From an uncultured Armatimonadetes bacterium (GTDB taxonomy: Bacteria > Armatimonadota > UBA5829 > DTJY01): a stretch of 64,000 bases of DNA. The notes beneath the pieces are model-generated. The model worked only from the letters and a program-made list of their open reading frames with translations. It did no database searches and was not told the origin of the DNA. The stretch is taken from assembly GCA_963717145.1 (NCBI GenBank), contig OY970325.1:2528001-2592000 (forward strand). The letters run 5' to 3'. A program made the translations under genes and the position numbers. The stretch's first letter is position 1; each line of letters opens with the position of its first letter. This document shows, in pieces, positions 58,009 through 64,000 of the stretch.

Positions 58009-59095
58009 TCACACGGCTCGCACGTACGAATTCCCGGGGACACGGCGGACGAGCGAGAGCATCTCGAGGAGAGTGAGCGTGCTGTTGGCAACCGACGCGC
58101 TGAGTCCGCACTCGGCGATAATGTCGTCCACGTGCTTCGGATGGAGACTGAGCGCCGTCAGCACTGTCTTCTGCTCGGGCGTGATGTTGTCGGGAATCTT
58201 CGGACGCTCACGGCGGTTCGGACGTATACTCGACGGTCACGCCGATCTCCTCCAGGATGTCCTCCGCGCGCTCGACGAGCTTCGCGCCGTCGCGGATCAA
58301 TCGGTGGGGGCCCTCGCTCCGTTCGTTGTCGATGCCGCCGGGGATCGCCCATACGTCGCGGTTCTGCTCGGCGGCGATCCCTGCGGTGATCATCGCGCCG
58401 CCCGTGACGAGGCTCTCGACGACCAGCACCCCGAGCGACATCCCGCTGATGAGCCGGTTCCGCGCCGGGAATCGGTATCCATCGGGCTGAGTGCCGGGGA
58501 CGTATTCGGACATGATCGCGCCCGCATCTGTAATGCGCTTGAAGAGCCCTCGGTTCTCATAGGGATATGGGACATCGAGCCCGCTGCCGAGGATGGCGAT
58601 CGTTCGTCCGGTGGTGACGGCCGCGGTATGGACGGTCGTATCGATTCCCCGCGCGCCGCCACTGACTACAGTGAGCCCTCGAGCGGCCAGGTCGCGGCTG
58701 ATCTTCATCGCCATCGAGCGCCCGTACTCCGAGGGCCTCCGCGTGCCGACGATTCCGACGGCGAATCGGTCCTCCTCGTGCAGTTCCCCCTTGACGAAGA
58801 GCACCGGCGGCGGATCGTAGATCTGGCGGAGGTTCGTGGGGTATTCGCCGTCGCGTATGGTGACGGCTCGCGCGCCCATCTTGTCCAGAGCCTTCATCTC
58901 CTCGTCCACTGAAGTTGCAGCCCCGTCACGGATGCGCTCGGCGGTCTTGTCGCCGAGCGCACCTGCCAGCTTGAGTTCGTTCACCGGCGCGCGGAAGACC
59001 TCCGCCGGATCGCCGAAGTAGTCGACGAGCGACACAGCCTTCTTGGCGGAGAGTTCGAGCCTGGCAAGGCGCACCCACTGTTCGATGTCCGACAA
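58009..59095 (-). CDS. dprA: DNA-protecting protein DprA; frameshift near 58212 separates the C-terminal winged helix
   Basis: YP..L.QIYDPPPVLFVKG, IVGTR..S.YG, VSG.ARGID, FPARNRLISG; the shifted frame gives LSLHPKHVDDII...LTLLEM..LV...PG. Confidence 0.9.
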
Positions 59096-59258
59096 CACGA
59101 GCCTCCTGACGGCAGGAGTGTAGCAAGCCGACCGCCGTGGTGTCAAGCATAGGAAACTCAGGCGACGGCATCCCAACTCCCAGTGACGGCCAGTAGATGC
59201 AAGAGGCGCAAAGGTGTATACTGTACCCCAGACTTGCTCGAAGGTGAGGAGATAAGCC

Positions 59259-61508
59259 ATGAATCCGCTGTTCAGACCAAGACTGTGCGAATTCCACGGC
59301 AGGGAACTGCCGCTTTTCAAGTCGGGGAAACCCGCATATCAGATCGTGATCGCCGACAACGCTGATCTGCTCATCAAGGAAGCGGCGTCGATCGTCTGCA
59401 AGGGGCTCGGCTACCCGAAGAAGTCGGTGGTCGCCGAGAGCAAGTCCGAGAGCCGCGCGCCCGGCATCTTTTTGTGCACGCCGGAGGGCCCGGGCCGATT
59501 CTCGAAGATCATCGAGGGAAGCCGTCTCCCCGAAGCGCCGAAGAACAGGGACCAGGCGTTCGAGATCATCGTCATGGGCAAGGACATCGTCATGCTTGGG
59601 TACACCTCCAAGGCGATGCTCCAGGCCGCCCGCACCCTCGGCGACCTGGTGTATGTCCCACCTCTGGCCCGTAGGGGAGGCCTTCAACGGCCTCCCCTAC
59701 GGGAGGCCGTTGAAGGCCTCCCCTACGGGCCAGAGGCGTCGCCGGGGAAGAAGGCCGTGCTGCCGGAGATGTCGGTGTTCGACTACCCCGACATCGAGTA
59801 CCGGGGCATCTACGCCGAATGCCGCTGGGGGCCGGACAACATGACCCTTCAGGAATGGAAACAGGCGATCGACTCCCTGGCCGACCTGCGCATGAACGTC
59901 CTGAGCATCGGCATCCACAACAACTGGCCGATCCAGTACGATGGACAGATCTCCGAGTGGCTGCTCGTCCCGATCAAGAAGTATCCCAAGCTCAAGACGC
60001 CGAAGCTGGTCAACTACTACTCCCCCGAGACCAAGCAGGATGTCCGCCTGGAGTACGTGCCCCGCATGTACGAGGAGGACCTCTTCGGCGAGATCATCAA
60101 GTACGGGAAGTCGAAGGGGGTGCTCGTCCGCCCGCACTTCAACACGCCGGGCCACAACACGCAGATTCCGCGCCACTATCCCGAGACCTCATCTAAGTAC
60201 CCGGATGGCACGCCGAAGAAGTACGGCTTCTGCATGAGCAGCCCGAAGACCTTCGAGGTGATGTTCGACATCCTGGACGAGATCTGCGACCGATATCTCC
60301 TACCGAACGGCGTCGACTGGTTCCATATCGGCCTCGACGAGGTCTACCCCTCCGTCGGCATGAACGAGGACACGCCGCTCCTGCGCATCGATCCCTGGTG
60401 CGAGTGCCCGGATTGCGCGAAACGGTCGAAGGATGACCATTTCGTCGACTATGCGGTCCGCCTTGCGAAGCACCTCAAGGAGAAGGGGATCAACAACATC
60501 GGCATGTGGCACGATCACTTCGCGCGCGGCGGGAAGATGAACATCGAGCTTGCCAAGCGCTTCGAGGACGAGGGCCTGAAGGAGAACGTCATCCTCCACT
60601 GGTGGCGATATGCCGACTTCTTCGAGACCACGATGCCCGAACTCGGGCTCAGGCGCTGGGTCACGCCGATGACCGGCTACTTCTACTGGATGAACTACCA
60701 GAACCACCTCGATAACTGCTTCCTCGGGGCAAAAAAGGGCGTCGAGGAGGCGGCCGAGGGCACGGAGGCATACGGGCTCTGGCATCCGTCGTACCATCAG
60801 CACTTCGCGATCCTCGGGGCGAAGGCGTGGAACTCCGATCAGTGGCCGGACGTCGCCTCGTTCCGCCAGGCGTACTCGAAGGTGATGTTCGGCGACCGCT
60901 GGCGGGAGGGCCTCCAGGGGTTCAAATACTTCGACGACATGACCGCCGGGGTCGCGATGATGAACTTCGCGTCGAAGCTCTTCTCGTACCCGTATCTCTA
61001 CGCCAACTGGAAAGAGGATGCGTTCCTCAGGCAGAACTACCCGCGCCCGCTCATCGAGCAGATGGTCCCGAACCCGCTGAACCTGATGGGATTCTTCAAC
61101 CAGATCTCCGCGTACATCCAGAAGGCGATGGACATCTTCTCCAGGGAGGGCCTTTGGCTCCCATCAGCCATCAACCATCAACCATTGTACATGATCGAGT
61201 GCATGAGGATCAGGTCGGTGCTCGATCTCTTCGCGCGGATGGTGGTGGGAGTCCGGCTGCATCGGAACGGCGCGGACGAGGAGGCGCTCTCGAAGGCCGC
61301 GGACGACATCGACGCCGCGACCCTCAAGCTGGAGGAGACGATGCTGGCGATCGAGAAGACGTGGGACCCGCCGTTCGTGCCTCAGACGCTCCGGGAGTTG
61401 ACCCTGATGCGCGACTTCGCCAAGTGCCTCGCCGGCGAACTCCACCTCGGCCCGTCGCCCGAGCTGAAATCCATGGTCACCCAGCCGATCGACTGGCCGA
61501 ATGATTAG
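59259..61508 (+). CDS. Glycoside hydrolase family 20-like protein with in-frame repeat insertions
   Basis: DYPDIEYRG, P.FNTPGH, WFHIGLDE (GH20 HxGxDE), MWHD. Confidence 0.8.
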   Translation: MNPLFRPRLCEFHGRELPLFKSGKPAYQIVIADNADLLIKEAASIVCKGLGYPKKSVVAESKSESRAPGIFLCTPEGPGRFSKIIEGSRLPEAPKNRDQAFEIIVMGKDIVMLGYTSKAMLQAARTLGDLVYVPPLARRGGLQRPPLREAVEGLPYGPEASPGKKAVLPEMSVFDYPDIEYRGIYAECRWGPDNMTLQEWKQAIDSLADLRMNVLSIGIHNNWPIQYDGQISEWLLVPIKKYPKLKTPKLVNYYSPETKQDVRLEYVPRMYEEDLFGEIIKYGKSKGVLVRPHFNTPGHNTQIPRHYPETSSKYPDGTPKKYGFCMSSPKTFEVMFDILDEICDRYLLPNGVDWFHIGLDEVYPSVGMNEDTPLLRIDPWCECPDCAKRSKDDHFVDYAVRLAKHLKEKGINNIGMWHDHFARGGKMNIELAKRFEDEGLKENVILHWWRYADFFETTMPELGLRRWVTPMTGYFYWMNYQNHLDNCFLGAKKGVEEAAEGTEAYGLWHPSYHQHFAILGAKAWNSDQWPDVASFRQAYSKVMFGDRWREGLQGFKYFDDMTAGVAMMNFASKLFSYPYLYANWKEDAFLRQNYPRPLIEQMVPNPLNLMGFFNQISAYIQKAMDIFSREGLWLPSAINHQPLYMIECMRIRSVLDLFARMVVGVRLHRNGADEEALSKAADDIDAATLKLEETMLAIEKTWDPPFVPQTLRELTLMRDFAKCLAGELHLGPSPELKSMVTQPIDWPND
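59661..59736. repeat. GTAG-type REPIN inside the GH20-like gene
   Basis: 36-bp perfect inverted arms at 59661-59696 and 59701-59736, 4-nt loop. Confidence 0.92.
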
Positions 61509-61569
61509 GCGGCGCTACTTGACTTCTGCCTGCTATTGGGGGATAATCCTCGTGGAGTGTGAAGCCAAA

Positions 61570-61899
61570 TGAGACGTTACAAACTCTCTGAAATGCAAGA
61601 GGAACTCCGAGCCAGGGGTATCCCGGAACTCTCCGAGAGGCTCAAGAGGGAAACGGGATACGACCCGGTAGCACGCAAGCTTCGGCGCAACCCTCGTGAG
61701 GCAAAGGCGGCATATCGTGTGCGCCAACCAGAATGACGAACTCTCAGCCCTCCTTTCTGCCCACAGGGAGCGGCTGCTCAACCTTTCTCAGGGCAAGGAC
61801 ACCCTCCGATACCTCACGGCTGTCGCATCGGTGATCACCGATGCTTGTCTCTCTCTAGGCAATAGACCCCCCAACCATAGTCGGCGGGAGATCGTATGA
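61570..61899 (+). CDS. Possible small hypothetical protein split by a frameshift
   Basis: MRRYKLSEMQEELRARG... (55 aa) overlaps ORF 61696..61899, which has an ATGA overlap with the next gene; TTGACT-N17-GATAAT upstream. Confidence 0.35.
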
Positions 61900-63876
61900 C
61901 TACCATTGACAAAGCCATACAAGCGTTTCGCGAAGTCGCCGCCAGCAACGGCGAGGTTTGGGGAGAAGAACTCGGACAGTTGGGCACGTTCGGCTGCCAG
62001 GCTGTAGACCCCCTCCTTGGCCTCCTCAGAGACGAGAGTCCCCAGGTACGTCGTGCGGCCTCTGATGTGATCGACCTCTGGCACACCGATGAGCGGATCG
62101 TGCAGCCACTGATAGCAACATTGGATGATCCCGACGATTGGGTGCGTCGGCAGGCCGCGTTCAGGCTTGGAGCCACGAGACATCTCCACGCCGTAGAGCC
62201 TCTGATCAGAGTCCTGGCTGACACTGACTCGTGCCTCAGAGAGCGGGCCGTCAAGTCGCTGTGCAAGATCGGAGGCGAACATGCGCTAGAGGCCGTCGTC
62301 CGTGTTCTTCATGAAGACTCTGACCCAAAGGTACGGGATACTGCAGCATGCGAGCTTGCGGACGCAAAGGTGTACAAGCCGCTGATAGAGGCGTGGACGA
62401 CTGGCACGGCTCTCCCGCCTCAGATAATGCCGGACGTACTTCGGGAGATCGGCGATGGTGAATCCAGGCTGCAGATCACCGCTCTGTTGGAACATGGTGA
62501 GAAACCTGGTGTGCGTAGGATGGCGGCGAGGGCTCTTGGGGAACTCGGTGATATAGAAGCGGTTGAGCCGTTGAGATCCGGACTCACGGATTCGGACTGG
62601 CGTGTGCAGTTGGAAGCTGCGGTGGCACTTCACAAGCTGGGCGATGACAGCGGAACTGATGTACTCGTCCGTTTGGCGCGGAGCAAGGAGTTGAGCAAGT
62701 CTCTCTCTGCAGCAAACTGGATCGGCGGTGTGCCCATACCGAAGGCGATCGAGGCTCTTGTCAACATGCCGGGGAAGAAGTACCAGAAACGCAACACAGC
62801 GCGTATACTGGCAGACATCGGCGATCCCAGAGGGATCGAGCCACTTCTCAAGGCCTTGGAGGAGGCTGACGGCAGTGCGGCACTCAACCTCAGCCACTAC
62901 AAGGACCCTCGCGTAGTAGACGCACTCGTTGCAGCTCTTGAAAACGAGGACTGGACGTTCAGGATAAGGGCGATCGAGGCACTCGGTATGATTGGCGATC
63001 CCCGTGCGGTCGACAGAATCGCCCCTCTTCTCAAGAGCGGCGCCAGGCTTGAACGACTCGAACGCGGCTGAAGCCCTTGATAGGATTGGCGATCCGAGTG
63101 CCACGGACGCGCTCATAGGAGCGCTCGATCCCAATGATGCGCATTTGCGAAGCAAAGCTGCTCAGGCTCTGGCCCGGATGCACACTCCTGAGGCAGAGAA
63201 GGCTCTGCTCGACCTGCTGCCCAATAACGACATCGATGCCATCAGCGGCACTTTCGCCTTCTTCGTAGAGAACCGGATTCCCGGCAGCGAGGGTCCGCTG
63301 ATCGAGGCGCTGAGATGCTACGGCACTGGGCCGATGGCCAATCATTATGTCGGATCCGAACACAAGAGGCTTGCTCGGGTCGGCAAACAGTGGCTCGCAA
63401 ATCATCCCAGTGCACGCAGGCGACCCGGTGGGAGTCTGCGCCTGTATGCCCCGTTTACGATAGCTGCGCATTTCCGTGATTGGAACATGGCCGTCATCTA
63501 CTGGGTAAGAACAGACCGCTCGGCATCATTGATGCCCTATCCGAAGATGATAGCTGATTACCGGATACTCTCCAGGGATGAGCGGTCGGCCGCAGAGGTG
63601 ATGATGAATGGACTTCTTAGCCGCGAGGAGTTCGGTATGCTGACTGCATACCTGAAGGATGCACACCACCTAGAGGTGCGTGAAGGCGTTGTGCCTTTGC
63701 CTTTTCCAGGTTACCGCATATGGGAGGGCAAGCGGGTTCCGTGGCGTCCACTCGCTCTCCATGGTGAGACCGATGGTTTCGTCCATTGGCAGCTTGACAT
63801 AGACGAAGGCTATTCCTTGCCGTTCAAGGTGTCCGGATACTTCCGGGTCCTTTCCCCTTGCCCTAGAATCCCTTGA
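61896..63876 (+). CDS. HEAT/PBS-lyase repeat protein, frameshift near 63030-63060
   Basis: Repeated L.D.D..VR..AA..LG motifs continue across ORFs 61896..63071 and 62992..63876. Confidence 0.8.
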
Positions 63877-64000
63877 TCGCCTCGGAGACATCCGGGAGGA
63901 ACTTGCGGAGGGATTCCCAGGTGAAGAAGATCACCCCGTCCGCGCCGGCCTGCTTCGACATCGAGATGTGGCGCTTCACGTCGTCCGCCGTCGCCAGCGA
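63863..64000 (-). CDS. 3' end of a gene, possibly glycoside hydrolase-like (GHL10-type C-terminus)
   Basis: Manual translation ...DDVKRHISMSKQAGADGVIFFTWESLRKFLPDVSEAIKGF*. Confidence 0.5.
   Translation of the reverse strand, partial: SLATADDVKRHISMSKQAGADGVIFFTWESLRKFLPDVSEAIKGF

Overview
GC-rich bacterial chromosomal window. PEP-CTERM proteins and the C-terminal region of the large surface protein suggest Armatimonadota; this is inference only. Housekeeping genes: hisD-hisB-hisH; rpsB-tsf-pyrH-frr-uppS-(no cdsA)-dxr-rseP-ispG; xerC-hslV-hslU; trmFO; dprA; dinG; an ECF sigma/anti-sigma pair. Sugar-use genes: ABC transporter, GH4, GH20-like, DUF4038-type protein, LacI, two URO-D-like proteins. 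Accessory content: three near-identical 1467-bp single-ORF IS66 copies (two in tandem), a two-gene NTPase/TIR-like/Mrr-like + nuclease locus resembling a defence system, secreted phage tail-collar fibre proteins beside a CHAP/Ig-like surface protein, and tandem atypical sigma-like genes with a divergent pair of matching promoter-like motifs ahead of PEP-CTERM genes. The most striking pattern is a dense population of REP/REPIN-like palindromes and 6-9-mer tandem repeats, several inserted inside protein-coding genes (dinG, dxr, trmFO, GH20), mostly in frame. Several single-base frameshifts may be assembly errors. No rRNA, tRNA or CRISPR array was seen. All family calls are by eye from motifs; no database searches were run.
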